Shown: in pieces, positions 11,801 through 25,607 of the stretch
Numbering within the stretch: the first letter of the stretch is position 1
How the letters are laid out: every line of letters starts with the position of its first letter
Source of the DNA: Spongospora subterranea f. sp. subterranea
Lineage: Eukaryota
Assembly: GCA_049724395.1 (NCBI GenBank)
Contig: JAUGWO010000136.1
Location: 124,001-188,000, forward strand
Direction: 5' to 3'
Length of the DNA: 64,000 nucleotides
Notes under the pieces: model-generated
What the model was told of the DNA's origin: nothing
Databases searched by the model: none
The model's input: only the letters and a program-made list of their open reading frames with translations
Position numbers and translations under genes: made by a program

Positions 11801-14720
11801 GTATAATTTTCGAAGATTGATTCGATTGTGAATCTTTCAGAATCAATCGTACTTTGTAAAATCCCGAACTGCTGCAAGGCGGTAAATGACATGGCCTTGA
11901 TGACCCTGCGATGATCTGAGAATAATGATATATTTTCGTTAATTTGGAAAACGGGGTAATATCACAAAAATACCGATCAGGATTTGAATTTGGTCTTGGT
12001 TGATGAGTTCGATGACCCCGATAAAACAGAGGTTAGCGAGATCTTGAATGAAAATTTTCACATAGATAATCGCATCAAAAACGTATCCAGTATGGTGCAG
12101 AACTAAAACATTTCGCCTAAGAATTTGATGGTTTTCATAAGTGGTCACGGGAAGTTGCAGAACAACGTACCTTTGATTGATTGTTCTGTTGGATCCGCCA
12201 ATCAGATTTCTGCGAAGGATGAAATCATGATGCGAAGAAAAAGGTTCTGGCATCAATATGTTTATGTTTGACCCAACCATATTCGCTTCAGGCAGTCCAA
12301 ACATTTGAGGTGTGAACGCATTTACTGAAAGTATTTCTCCTAGGTTGCTGTCATTTCCGGAAATAACTATCACTGAGCTTTGCTCGCCAACGATTGATAG
12401 AGGTTAGACCAAGGGCCACCAATAATGCAAATAATTTGACGAACCTGTGATCAGAAAACAATATGGAACGGAAAGACATGGTGCTGCCTCGACGAGTGTT
12501 TCCTGAGTTGCATTTTTGCTCAAGCTCTTTAGTGCGCGCCAACAACCGATTACACTGACAACAAAAGGTGGTTCATTGTCAAAAATGGTTAAATCAGAAA
12601 CCGATTTTACCTCAGATGGGTCCTGAAGAAGCACTGATAATAAGCCAGCGTAGGTCTTCAAAACATATTGCGATTCGGAGTGGATCTAAACAAGGTTTAG
12701 GATGAATGCTATTGGCAATTGTCTACTTACCCGAAGAGCTTTTTGATATAGAGAAAGCGCAAGAACTGAATTCTGGCTGACTGTAATCGATAACGATCGA
12801 AGCGTTTTGAGATCCGGCGTCTCTTGATCTAAACCGTCCCAGAAGGACAATAATGCTTGAGTCAATTCCAGGTCATGTTCTTGCGCTTTGACTATAAATT
12901 TATTATAGTTGTTCAGTTCCACAACATCTCTATTGGCTGTGAATGTCGTTGATATATGAGATTGTGCAGAAGGAATTTGAATTACCCTCATCAGCGAGAA
13001 TCTTGCGTTCGTTGTCCTTTTTCAACCGGAATATTAATACCTTGAAATCAAGCTGCAGATTCAACTTCTCTGCCATCTGCAGATACCTGTACCCAGTATA
13101 GTCGATTTTGAAGAATGTAAAATACAGGTATGCTGCAAGCAACGGGAGGATAGGCGACTCTGGGAACTTGTCGATTCCATGGACAAGGATTCGGCGAATT
13201 CGAGTCAAAGCTTCTTCGTTTGAGAGTAATTTCAGAGAATTATCCTAAGCAAAAATAGCAATTAATTTCCGTGAAATAGTCTGCAATTATTTACCTTCTT
13301 AGCCTTTGTCGGGCCTTGAGAGTTGACCTGATTGCTCGACACTTTGAAATACTTTCGAACAATATACCGCAACTGCAACGTGGTTCCTCGTTGGCAAATA
13401 CCATGTTGACGTAGCAATAGCAACTAACTTTGCGTTCAGTTTCGTATGGGTTTTTCAAGTCCATATCTGGACACCTCTCAATTGCTTTCGAGCGGATTCT
13501 TGAAGTTATGCCGCCAGCAATAAATACCATGGGGGTCCCTCCAAATGCAATGAATGAGGGGCCACTATTGCTCTCATCATTCTGGCTAACAGAAACCAGG
13601 GCTGTTGAGGAACAGGTTAAATAACGAATGGGGTTATCGGCACTCACAGTACCTGCTAATGCGACCCAACAGTAAGTCCAACAAATCCCGCTTTGGACAT
13701 CGTTGAGGAACGCGCGATTATATGGACAGTACCAAGAGAAGGTAGCGGCGACGTATGTTGCTCCAATGAGATTTAGCAGCACAAACACGCCCAAATTGTT
13801 TTGCAACGCATACGCACCAAAAACCAGAAACTGGAAAGCTCCTTTCAATTGGAACGGATTCTGGCGTCAGATTGAAGCCTACCGTGTTGAAGACTAACGA
13901 TGTTATTTGAAACCGAGAGTGGAACCGAGCAGACGGATCGTCGGAAAGACTATAATGTTGATCAGATCAAGAGTTTCTATGTTCAAGTGAACTGACTATG
14001 AAATGTCTACTAATGCTGCTGTAGAATACAGCGCGAACAGGAAATGAGCACATGAAAAAATGATCCCCGCAAGAACCACGTATGCATTATTGGCAAACAT
14101 AAGGGTTACGAGAAGTTTTAGGGTGGGAATGTAGAGTGTGGACGACAAGAGTCTCGCTGATATGGCCACAGTTCTTAGCAATATCAAATTTGGTGATTTT
14201 TGTTGTTGCAGAGTATTTGAGATTGCACCAGCGCCGATGCAGACCAATACCATCAAAACCTATCAGTACAAGGTTGACAATTAAAACCAGTTGGATGGAT
14301 CGGGCTAACGATAGCGGCAAAAGGGGCAAATGCATCCCCGAATAGTAAGGTGTAGATGCCATCAGTAAAGGTAGTTGAGAATGTTCTAATCCACGACGTG
14401 TAGTAGAAACCCCAGGGGATTTCAGGAGATTCCCCGCTTGGCGCGAACATGATACTAACCTGCTGTATCAGTTCTAGACACATGCTGAACAGGACAAACC
14501 TGAAAAATTCGCTCAGTAAACTTGGTCATCGATCGCCGGCGATGCCTTCTGACCAGAAGGGCAGAAATGACTCCAGCGATAGAAAATAAAACAAATTGCG
14601 GATTTGCTTCGACACACTAATAACTGAATCGACGGCAGACGATTCAACATCGCCGCTTCCTTCGTCTGTTCCACTATGGGAGCCTGGAAGGGACGAAGTC
14701 TCCCATGTTCCAGCGGCCAT
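8851..14720 (-). CDS. TmcB/TmcC-like large membrane protein with PAS domain
   Basis: N-terminal multi-TM block, TPR-like helices (FWDGLDQETPDL, LYQKAL, YAGLL), PAS motif GSNINILMPEPFSSHHDFIL and C-terminal TM followed by SRVLLRLIP*. Many GT-AG introns. Confidence 0.8.
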
Positions 14721-15452
14721 AAACGTCAAAGATTGCCGCCGTGGTTGTTCTAAACCAATTGGTTGTAGCTACTCAGATGGTTGATTTGACACCCCTGTGA
14801 ACCGGTTCTACTACACCATTTCCATCGGATGACCAGTCGTCAATAGACTGATTCCGATTCAATGTCTGCAGAATTCTAGTTTATACACAATTTACGAGGT
14901 AAGAAATGGAGTTCAAAGAACTGTTTTTTTCATGTTTCCCTGTCATCTAAAGCGAAACGTAAATATGCCGCGTCACACATGACCACAAATTTGCATGACC
15001 TGGTTCATTATCTCACTCACGCTTGATCTAATTTGGGCAATCCACAAGGCTGTGGATTTACATGAGCACCCACTGTGAGTGTCTACAGCTACGAACACGA
15101 GGCGGCGACGTCTCACTGGCGCCCAGTTGGAAAATATCTCAACACCGTGGAAATCGGGTGTTGGAATTTCAGTCAAATCAGGTGCCATAAAGTCCGTTCT
15201 GAGGGTGTGTAGGGGCCGCGCCCTCCCTAAAATCCTGTTTTAGACTCTCTGACGTTTCGTCCGTTTTTCCCATTTGCAGAGAGCGGCGAAACCGTAGATT
15301 GATTTGTCTCGGTGTTGGCGTGATATTATCGACATACTAGGGTTCAGGAATTAGAGGGTCAATTACCGATTCTAGTGACTCATCGGCCATTTTGATATAT
15401 ATTGGCGGTTTGTGGTCGCTGCTGCGGCTAGGAGGATTATAGGTGTGGGCGT

Positions 15453-16236
15453 ATGCCAGGAGAGGCTTCTTCGCCGAAGCAAAATCGGGGACCGTCATAT
15501 GAAGAAGTGCCGACTAGGGACGATGATGAGAAGGTGACGGTGACAATACTGAACGGCGTGCAGCCGAAGAGGACGGTCGATGTGCCTTCGCTGATGACGG
15601 TCGAGCAATTCAAGCATTTCGCGTTCCCTAATGAAGTGTCTACAAAGAACATACGGCTTATCCATTGCGGGAGGATGCTTACAGATGTTAATCAGGCGAT
15701 GAGAGATTGTGGTCTTGAGAAATCACCCTTCATTCATGTTTCGATATCCAGCAAAGTTGCAGATGCGAATCATGGACAAGAAATTCAAACTACAGAGGTT
15801 GATTTGGAAGAATCTTTAGAAGACTCAGATCGTCGGCTGGCGCTATTACTTAGCGAGCGTGACGAAACTGTTATTGATATTGACGGATACGATCCTGATT
15901 TTCACCCTGTCCGGGAAGGCGATCATCAAGATTTCATCTGGGGTAGGACTTTGATGACGCGGCGGGGCGCTGGCTAATCTGGCAATATTTAGGCTTTATA
16001 TTCGGCGCTTGCTTAGGCTATATATCCATTATCTGGTTATGGCAACCCTCAGTTTCAAGAAGGCATAAGCTTGGAATTGTTACAGGTTTGATTCTTGAAT
16101 TGCTTGCATATCTTTACAGAACACTGATTTGTTGTTGATACTAGGAATTTTGGTATTCCTTGTAATAGGATCGTCAAGACAAAGTAATCCCTCGTCTTCG
16201 ACGCCGTTGGAGCAGGGTAATGGTCCAGGAACTTGA
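15453..16236 (+). CDS. Ubiquitin-like domain membrane protein (Dsc3/DUF2407-like)
   Basis: UBL motifs TVEQFK, NIRLIHCGRML and FIHVSIS, then EGDHQDFIWGFIFGACLG and C-terminal TM segments. Confidence 0.7.
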
Positions 16237-16296
16237 TTCATTAAATAGTTTACATATCCTTATTTATTGATTGATTTATTTTGTGAGCACTAGAGA

Positions 16297-18481
16297 TTAT
16301 CTTTTGCTTGATTTCGTTCTGACCTTTTTTAACTTCGATCGCACTCGAGCGCTGCTGTATGTATAGTAAACTCGGGAGGCGTCTAGGGGCACTTTAAGGT
16401 TCTGTAGCGCTGCTTTCAATACCGCCGTATTATTGCCACTTGTATTTCCATTCAATACTGCCCGCTCTCGCCTTGCATCCTTATCCAGTAAAGCTGCCAC
16501 CCGTTCATACGTTGACATCCTCCGATGGCCTTTCCTAATTGCCTCTTTGCCGGTCGCTTGCACAATATTGTTCCCAGCATAGTCCAGATAAGGTATAGTC
16601 CATTCCTCAGTATAGGTATCCCAATGGGAGCTACCTTCAATAATGCCAATGTTGGACGCCGATGTGAGTTCACCAAGCAGGCAGTTTGCAGTCGCCAAGT
16701 GCCTGGTCAGATCGCGAATTGATTCCAGTAAATCTGATGTCTCTGTCTCGTACTCGTTTTGGATGTCTTTGAGATCCTCCGTTTTCTCTTTATACTTGGC
16801 CCATAACGTCTTCAACTTCTTGGTCTTCTTCTCCAACTCATCTTGTCTGTTTGAATACTTATCGTTCATGTACAGCTCCGCCTCCTCAGCCTCTTCTAAA
16901 TGAGCTTGCAGCTGTCGCTGCTTCTCCAGCTGTTCCTGTAGCCGTTTCTCTGTCAGTTGCAATTGTATATGTTTAGCTTCAGCGGCCTCCAGTTCCTGTC
17001 CTCACCGACAAGCAAACTTGTCTCCTTTTCCAGCAGCTGCTTCTCGAGCATACCGATCTCAGCTCGCTCTTTCAACAGCTGTTCATTGCTTCGTTGCAGC
17101 TCTATCTCATACAAGAGTGCAGTTTGCTCGGCTTCCGTCTTACTTGCAAGGATGCGTTGTTTCTCCTCCTCATGCAGCGACAAAAAGTTCTCGATATCTT
17201 CCTTGGATTTTCTCTGGATTTCGGCTGTCTCCTTCTCAAGTAAAGCAGTTGGAACTTGCCCTTGAATGTGCATCTGTCCGATACCCGTGGCTGCTCCTTC
17301 AGAAAAAATCTGCTTCTTTAGGTCGAGTTGCTTCTTCAGCTCTTCTATCTCCACCTGGTATTGGCGTAGTATTGCGTCTTTGGGATCTTCGTTTACTGTT
17401 GGAATGTTCATGATCCCTTTAGCACGGTGAGCGTACCTCAATGTCGACATTGTTTCATCCAGGTTTGATTCGGCTGGCCCGATGGCTGCGATCATAACCG
17501 TCTTAGTATTCCCTCCCAAAGAGTCTTGCAACAGTTTCGTCAGTTTCGAATCTCGGAAAGGAACGTGCCCAGTCTTCGGCTTCACCAGTGCGTTGATGAC
17601 ATTCCCTAGGGCAGACAGCGAAAGGTTGATGTTTTTAGCTTCAACAAGTCGGTCGCCGCTGGCTTCTGTTTTCTTCTGACGCTCACTTCCTGCAAGGTCC
17701 ACCATATTCAGCTTCCCAACACGGTAATGAGCCTGATTATCGGCGTCCTTTTCGCACATTTCGACGGTGATGGTAAATATCGAATGCGATCGTGATGAGC
17801 CAGGATTCATCTTCGTCGCCCCAGTTGATCGCGTATTCTGTCCTGTTCGTAGCACCTTCATCGTGTCTGCCACCGAATTCACAGTATGTGTTGACAGATC
17901 TTTCACTTGAAACCCGCCGTTCGACTCCTTCAGCATCATTTTAACTCGGTCTCTGCTGAGCAGATCGAATACGTCGTCGTTGTAGATTTCAAGGAACGAG
18001 ACACGAACAAGATATTCGATATGTTTGCTCGCTCTTTCTATTTCCTTGAAAATATGATGGAACGTGTTTGGCATAATTCCTCTCAAGCCGTCATCGTCAA
18101 CACATCCTTCCATCGTGAAGGTCTTTCCTGGAATCAAGGCCCACGTGAATATTGTGTGTGGTGTTTTGCCGACGAACTGTTGAGTGACCCACCCGTTCCT
18201 GTTTGACCATAAGCAAATATGGTTCCATTGTATCCGTTGATGACGCTATCGACAATTGGACGAGCGACTTCGTCAAACACGGTTTTCTGGGGAACGTTAG
18301 GAGGATAGGCGAAATCGAATGCGAACGGTTTCTGCTCATTGTTTGGCCGGTGAACAATCACTTGGTGTTTATCGACATGGACAATACTTGACACATGATC
18401 GGCCAACTCTATGGAATTCAAGGGTCTGACACGAACAGCGACTTTTACACTTTCTAGTTTGGCGCTTTTCCCTAGCTCCAT
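16297..18481 (-). CDS. Kinesin-2 (KIF3/FLA10-like) anterograde IFT motor; apparent 1-bp frameshift near 17002
   Basis: Motifs [37 protein letters not shown] and NEDPKDA. The stalk [20 protein letters not shown] is typical of kinesin-II. Confidence 0.92.
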
Positions 18482-19851
18482 TATGGGTGGTTATTGCCCC
18501 TAGTCAAGTTGCCGATCCAGCATCTGACCAGGCGGGAATATGCTGGATGGTATTCCCGTCGATCCGATTATTACCTTTGTCGGAGATTATTTTATAGATC
18601 GTAGGTAGACTTAATAATTGGTACATTTTCAAAGCGGTTTGACCTCGTACCTCAAGTTTCTTGACAACAAATTGCCGGAAGGTCCAGGTCAAACATGGCA
18701 ACGGTCATGGCGGGATATACGTCTAAGCCAATGAAAAACGTCGGGTTGTCATTCTTATAAGAATCGCTATAGTTGACCTCTTTGACCCCTTTCGCTTTAA
18801 CGAGAATCTACTGCTAACCATGACTAGAGTAGGTATTGGCGCCATCATTGAGGCAACGAACCGATAGTTTTTGTAGACAATTTCTGAGATCGGAGTGAAA
18901 CAAGTCAGCCTGTTCGACAAATGAATGGATGATCAATTTTGAAAATAGTTAGAGAATGTGATTGATTCCCAAATAGTTCATTCCATTACAATTTAGTTAA
19001 TAAACACTCCAAGTCTCTACTTTGACGCCAGGATTGTTGTCTACCGAAACTGGTTTCCGCCGTATAAATGGGTCGTAATCAATCAAGTTAATCGCGTTGG
19101 TGACATCTGTTCCAAGGAAAACAAAAATACAAAAACGGTAAGTAGCTATCGACCGCCAGTTTATGTAGTGTTGAGAGGCAATCGCTTAAGACTAGTTTAA
19201 CAATGTTTTCCATATTCATTGCCGGTGTTCCCCATCGCTGTCGTATGTCCACATCGTAAGCAAGGTTTGTTGATTAATAACGATCTTTGTTTGTGGAAAA
19301 TGTTCATGCTATCAGCGAGGATCCACAAATGCACTCACGATGATCTAGTACAACACACTAGAAAGGTATGTACGACCTGATGGAGTCGGCCAATTTTGCA
19401 GCAGTTGATAGCAATCGCTGTGGCAGAAAAGGATATGACACAGTGACCAGTACTAATTTGTCGCCCAGCAAAATGGCTGACACAAAAGTTCAAAATCAGG
19501 AAGTTGAATTTACAATTAGACGCCGTAAACAGGCGCTTGGTGATATTCACATCAAAGGATGCCATTACACAACGCCACGGCCCTCGTTAGTCAATAAATG
19601 TTGCTGCAGCCGCTGCACACTGTGATACACGCCAACAACAACTTGAACGAAGATGATTCATAACTGCTGGCGCATAATCGTACACGTTTGTAGAAGAACG
19701 CCCGATTATAAAAGTGCCAGAATCAAGGACGCCCTGCATTGTCCCATTAGAGCGCTGTGTATATTCTGTACAGTGTCGTTTCACGGACTGTAAACTCGTT
19801 TCATGCAGTTCCCCTGATCAACCCGGTAACAAAAAATTTCTCCTTGTCTAA

Positions 19852-21116
19852 ATGGCCAGATATGACTGGGTTACTGGCAAATTAAGGAGGCTCTCAACCG
19901 CCATTGTTATCGATGGGGCTCAAGTGGCCAAATCTATTCGTTCCGAGATATCCCAAACCAGGTTGCAACATGGTGTATCGCCAGGATTAGCAACAGTGAT
20001 GGTCGGACACCATCAACCTTCAAGACGATATGTTAAAATCAAATCCAATACTGCTTTGAGCGTTGGGTTTAGCTCATTTATCAGGATGCTACCCGAAACT
20101 GTCGCCGAGCAAGAAGTCATTGATTCAATCAATGAACTCAACGACGACTCTCGAGTTCATGGAATTATTGTGCAATTGCCTTTACCCAAACATCTAAATC
20201 AATCAACAATATTACAGGTAATTCAAATGAAATCCGTAACATATTCTTGGAATCATTTTTTATAGGCTGTTGCTGTCCACAAAGATGTTGACGGTTTCAA
20301 CTGCTCCAATGTTGGCTCACTTGCTTTAGGCCATAATCAGGAGTTCCGACCTTGGGAGAATAGAAAATCTTTAGCTTCTTCTGGCTCAAATATTGAGTCT
20401 TTAGAAGATGTTCGACCTCCTAAAGATTCTCGTATTATATCATGTGCAGCCCAGGGCTGTATCACATTGCTTGACCGATATCTTATCCCGATCGCTGGAA
20501 AAATCGCTGTAACCGCCACGACGGCACTTCCATCTCCCAGATTCTAATTCGGTAAATCAGGTGATTTTAGGCCGATCGAGCATCGTAGGAATGCCTGTAA
20601 GTCTACTGCTTATGCATCGTGGTGCTACGATAATCAATATTGGACGGGACACACCCCAAGACTCAATACCAGGCCTTTGCCGAATGGTATTGACAGTCGC
20701 AATCGTATCGATATCCATTGATCAATGAATTTCGACAGGCCGATATTCTAGTGTCTGCTGTCGGTATACCGGAAATGGTTCGTGGCGATTGGGTGAAACC
20801 CGGGGCAACCGTATTGGACGTTGGCATTAATTATATCACGAAAAATGGCCGTGGCCCAATGCGTTGGCGACGTCCAATTTGATGAGGTGGCAATACTGCA
20901 GTACGTATAAAGAAAGTGCAATTGATTCGTAGTTTGAAATAGGTTCGAAAAGTCGCTAAGTATATCAGTCCGGTTCCTGGAGGTATCGGGCCGATGTGCG
21001 TTGTCGAACTGCTTCGAAACACATTGCACAATGCGATCAGTTTATCAAACAAAGACACGGTCGTAGCTGTACAAAAGCATGCTTCTCAGAAACCGCAAAG
21101 TATGGAACTGCGATAA
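19852..21116 (+). CDS. folD: Bifunctional methylenetetrahydrofolate dehydrogenase/cyclohydrolase
   Basis: [47 protein letters not shown] and [10 protein letters not shown]. Confidence 0.95.
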
Positions 21117-21307
21117 CATTGGTAAATGTCTGATATATATTTATACTAACATATCATTAACCTAACTTGACAATTCCAGTACAGCCGAACCAATTTCATT
21201 GATCTCAACACCATTAGGCAAGCCGACTTTAGAAGCAATTTCGATTTCAGCTGCAAGATCTCTTCGCTGTGGTGTCACTGATGCTTCTGCAAAGTTATAG
21301 GTGGAAT

Positions 21308-23084
21308 TTATTGAATCATATCTGCAAATATCTTTCTAGATAATGGGGTTGCGACTACTTTGTCATCATTACTATTAGGTTTTCTCCCGAATCCAAGCTC
21401 AGATTTTACAGTCTGATAGATCTTCTCAGGCATATTCGCCTTTGGAGGACATATCGAATCGGTGGATATGACCTTGGATGATGGCTCTTTATATGGAACG
21501 CGCCCCATATGACCTTTTGATCCTGGATATATCGGATGAGCTAAATGCCTCTTCGGCAATACCGCCTCGATAAATGGTCGGGTCCTTGGATTTTTCACCT
21601 TGGCGAGCTTTACTCTGGAAATGTGCCTGCTAGCATTGATCGGAGGGGACTGTTTCAATCCTGGGCCAGGGTTTAAGCCCCAGTTCGGATCCGCAACCAG
21701 CTTCTGATTGAATCGCGCAATGGGACTCAAATTGCCAAGCAGAGCGGCGGGCATCAGGTCTTTAACAACCGCTGCTGCAGTACGATCAGGAATTGGCGGC
21801 GAATCACCGACAGGCGCTAGGTCAATTCGCTGTGGTTTTGGAACAGGAAAGTTGAGTGCTTCTTGCTCTAAGAACGCTCTGTATTGGGCCAAGGTCATAT
21901 TCTCAACTCCACTAGTGATGGGCGGTTGTGGTCCAGACTTAACGGTAGCGCCTTCCTTCAAAGTGACACCATGCGCCAATTGCATCGTCTGTGTAATCGA
22001 TGGTTGAGCGTTTGTGGCCGCCATATAATGAATTGCGTTTGGCTTCTTTTCCTTATACGATCGCTGATGTCTCTTCGATGACGCACCTGGTGATCCAGCC
22101 GGTTTCACAGGAGTAGGTGATTCTTTATCGATAACGGCCACATCAGCGGTTAGCTTGAACTTGGGCAGATTCTCAGGTCGGATATGAGTGACAATAACAG
22201 GATGGCCATGGTGGTCGTATATATATGGACGCCCTTTCACAGTTTCCTTTAGTGCTTTGTATCGCTCAACGACCGGATCAACAGGCTCCGGGTCCTCCAT
22301 TGGCGTTTGGCTGGTCGATACTTTGGTTTTCCCTAACCGTCGAATATGAAATTCGCGAAACCTTTCCCTTTCCTCGACCTCTGGAGACAACGGTTTCGCC
22401 TAAAAACAAATTAACCAACGCTGCTTTGTTCATTATAAACAAATATCTAACAGGTTCAGGAGTCGCTTCATTACGGCGTCGCCCTTCTGTCGGTTCTGGT
22501 TTCGGCATTGACCCGGTGCGCCTGTGAGTTGATTTCTTCGATGATGATTTCCTGCTTCCTATTGATTCTCGCCCATCGTTTTCCATACTGGCTGGATCGC
22601 TCATGATCCCGATGCCGTTCCATGTTGCCGCTGTTTTCTCGCGAATCGGTATCATGCCTGATGCCTCACAATCAATCGCTGCTGGAATAGGTTCTATACC
22701 ACCCGGTTAATAAATGATGCTCACAATCTATACAACATGGCAGAGCCTACCAAATTCGGCAGCCCACAATGGATTCTGGATTCGATCAGAATCGCCCCGA
22801 TCGAATTGAAACAATTTGGTCTATTTTTGTTGGGAAACATTTTGAGTCCATTGATATTGGACATTATACAATCGTAATATCACCTCGATTGATTGCAGGA
22901 TTTCTTCGACAAGATCACTACTAGCAATAGCAGGTATATGAGAGTCGATATAACTTCCATATCCTATATCAGATGCCCCAGCGATAACATTTCTTAAAGT
23001 TAACACCGCCACGTCAATGGCCACATCATCGTCAATTGCCCTGATGATAAGATGGTCCAGGTTAGGTGAATCATCTGCCTCCAT
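21308..23084 (-). CDS. C2orf81/DUF4639-like protein
   Basis: The spliced N-terminus YIDSHIPAIASSDLVEEILQSIE...FDRGD...W...EPIPAAIDCEASG resembles DUF4639 as recalled. A long Pro/Lys-rich tail follows. Confidence 0.55.
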
Positions 23085-23753
23085 CAACCTGTATGCTTTG
23101 CAGTATTTGGTACGTTTTGAGACTGTACAGTTTTCGATCGCTACAAATTTTGAACCCTGGCGACGCCATTCGTGATAGCAGTGCCACTTATTTTGGAAAG
23201 AAACCTCCAAACAATTTATTATACACGCAGAAAAAAAAAACCGATAAAAACACACAAACGGTAAAGACGCCTGACTCCATGGGAATAACAATTTCCGTCC
23301 CGCGATCAGCAACCTGATGGCTGTTGGGACGTGACCAGGCGAACTTTGATTACACCTAAATGGTAACTGAAAACCCCCCTAGTGAGGCTAGGCTAAGACA
23401 GCCGTAACCTGATACCGACGAGAGCGCCACCCGTCGGGTCGGGTCCCCGCCCTATTTGATCTCCTGACCGATCGCGCCATCACGGAGTTTCCTTAGTGGA
23501 TAGTGGTCAGATCTCTTTCGGTGTCTCAATCAGGTCGAGGACCCCAGCGCTCCTGCGCCTGATATCACCCTTCCCCAAGCTCCTCATCTCGACATCACAC
23601 CATCACACACTCTGCGATTCCCAGTCCGCCGAACGCTTATTGGTTTCATAGCCGTCTAATTTAAATCTAGTCGAATCCTGCCTTAGGTCAATCATTTCCT
23701 ATCTCCAGGATTGACTGTGTCTGTGACCGTATCTTATCGATCACTTTCTTAGT

Positions 23754-24393
23754 ATGGCTACATCCCAAGCTGTTTTCAAAAGGCGTATTGATTGGGATGA
23801 CGGTGCCGTCGATCCTTGCCATAGAAACTTCTCCCCAATTGCGTCTCCTCCCATATCCAAGAGAGCTCGCCTAGATGTCGTGGCCTCAAACTTTGGTGAA
23901 TGCAATACCCCGACTCGAACCTCTCCTTTTGTCCCGCCTCCCATTTCCATCGGTTTGAAGAAATTACTATCAGCTTTTTGTTGCAATCTCTAACACCTAC
24001 TTAGATTCACTGATCGAAATGCCTAAGAAGAAAGTCAAATTGCGACTATGCAATCGTTGTGGGAATTCAGACATGCTTTCTTCTCAAGGACAGGTGTGTT
24101 TAGAGTCTCCTATACACCTCCAATGCATGCACTTAAAATTTGAATTTAGCTATTCACCATCTCAGAAGTCCAGAATATGATTCAAAATGCAGTTCAAACA
24201 GCATCGGACAGGATCAAAATTGAATACGATGCCATTCTACATCAACAAATGTGTGGTCGGTTAACCATTGGCTTTTTCCGGTTTATGGCATTCGCTGACC
24301 TGTCAATCAGATCAATTCAATACATTTACAAAGTTCAATCAAGACTATATATCTCGGCAGGTCAAGCGAAACGAGCTCTCTTACTTATCATGA
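23754..24393 (+). CDS. AKIRIN: Akirin
   Basis: N-terminal KRR...SPPISKRARL and C-terminal IKIEYDAILHQQMCDQFNTFTKFNQDYISRQ...SYLS*. Confidence 0.88.
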
Positions 24394-24536
24394 GTGACAT
24401 TCCAAGCTCAAACGTCGATGACCTCAGTTTATTGCCCACATATCTCCTGCATATCGATCCAACATAGACTTACAGTAAAGCTTATTCCCCGATTTTAACT
24501 TTCTAATTATGCGCTGTGATTACTGTGATTCATAAT

Positions 24537-25450
24537 TTATTTAGCACTGTCTTGAAGGAATTTAAATTGATCCAATACATGCACATTTGTGACCTGATAG
24601 CGCCGCCTTTTCTTCTCAGTGTTTGCTTCCCTAGTTCTTTTCGCTGGTCGCTTTCTGCGCTGACTTTCTTGATGTCCTGTTTCTAGTTCTTCAATGGATA
24701 AATAAACCGGCACCGTGGAGCCTAAATCGAATTAAGATTTTCCTGAATTAGGTCGTAGATGTCTATACTTACTCTCTTTCCAGTTCCAGATCATCTGAAG
24801 GCATTATTACGCTCTGCCATAGCATCTTGATATCCTCGTCAATATCTGTCTGCAGTCTGATATCTTTAGGATAGAGCATAACTTCTTTCGCTTCTGAATT
24901 AGGGATAAAGATGATCTCCCCTAACGATTTAAGAGACTACAAGAGATGAGAAATCCCGTTTGTGTACGAAAACTATATATTTCGAAACCTGAATATCTTC
25001 TCCGACGCCAACGTATGCATCGAGGAGCGACGATTCAGATAGGCCCTGTCTATGGCGATTGAGGAATGTACGAAGATCGTTAATCCCGTTTATTCCAGGA
25101 TGTACAGGCTGAACAAGGTATTCAGTTGTTTTGAAATCGACAATTTTACAATAGAATGACCCGATACGCTAAAGTGTTTTCTTCGAAGATGATTCGTTCA
25201 TGGGCTCTGAGGTTATTTAACAATACCGGATTAGACAATAAATCTATATGTGTCCCTGATTTTATATCACGAAACAGGTTCGGCCCGCGATGATCGCGAA
25301 TCCACCTAAGGACGTCGTCCTGCAACTCTCGTACATGCTGGAAATTGAAGAAATATTCCCATTCAGAGATGATTTGCTATACTAATCACTGGAACAAACC
25401 CTTTGGGGTTTATCCCGTTCCTTGCTGGTAAACGTATGAGGTTTACTCAT
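24537..25450 (-). CDS. GTF2E2: General transcription factor IIE subunit beta; apparent 1-bp frameshift near 24701
   Basis: Exons give INDLRTFL..GLSESSLLDAY, LGEIIFI..KEVMLYPKD..IDEDIKMLWQSV, ERELHGAGL and a basic tail ending RRYQVTNVHV. Confidence 0.78.
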
Positions 25451-25607
25451 AGGAGTCAGCGATCGGCGCAATCTCGAAGCCGAGCTCTACGAAATCGCAA
25501 ATGACACAGGTAAACTATCGGACTGCGTGAGGACGGAAATCTGGCCGACATCTCTCAGTCTCACAGCTTTACTATTAGCCGAACAGCCGATATACACGAA
25601 TGAATGT

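Noticed and set aside
18504..18920. Possible integrase fragment (LPTIYKIISDKG)
   Set aside because: Only a few residues resemble the motif, and no other retroelement evidence is nearby.
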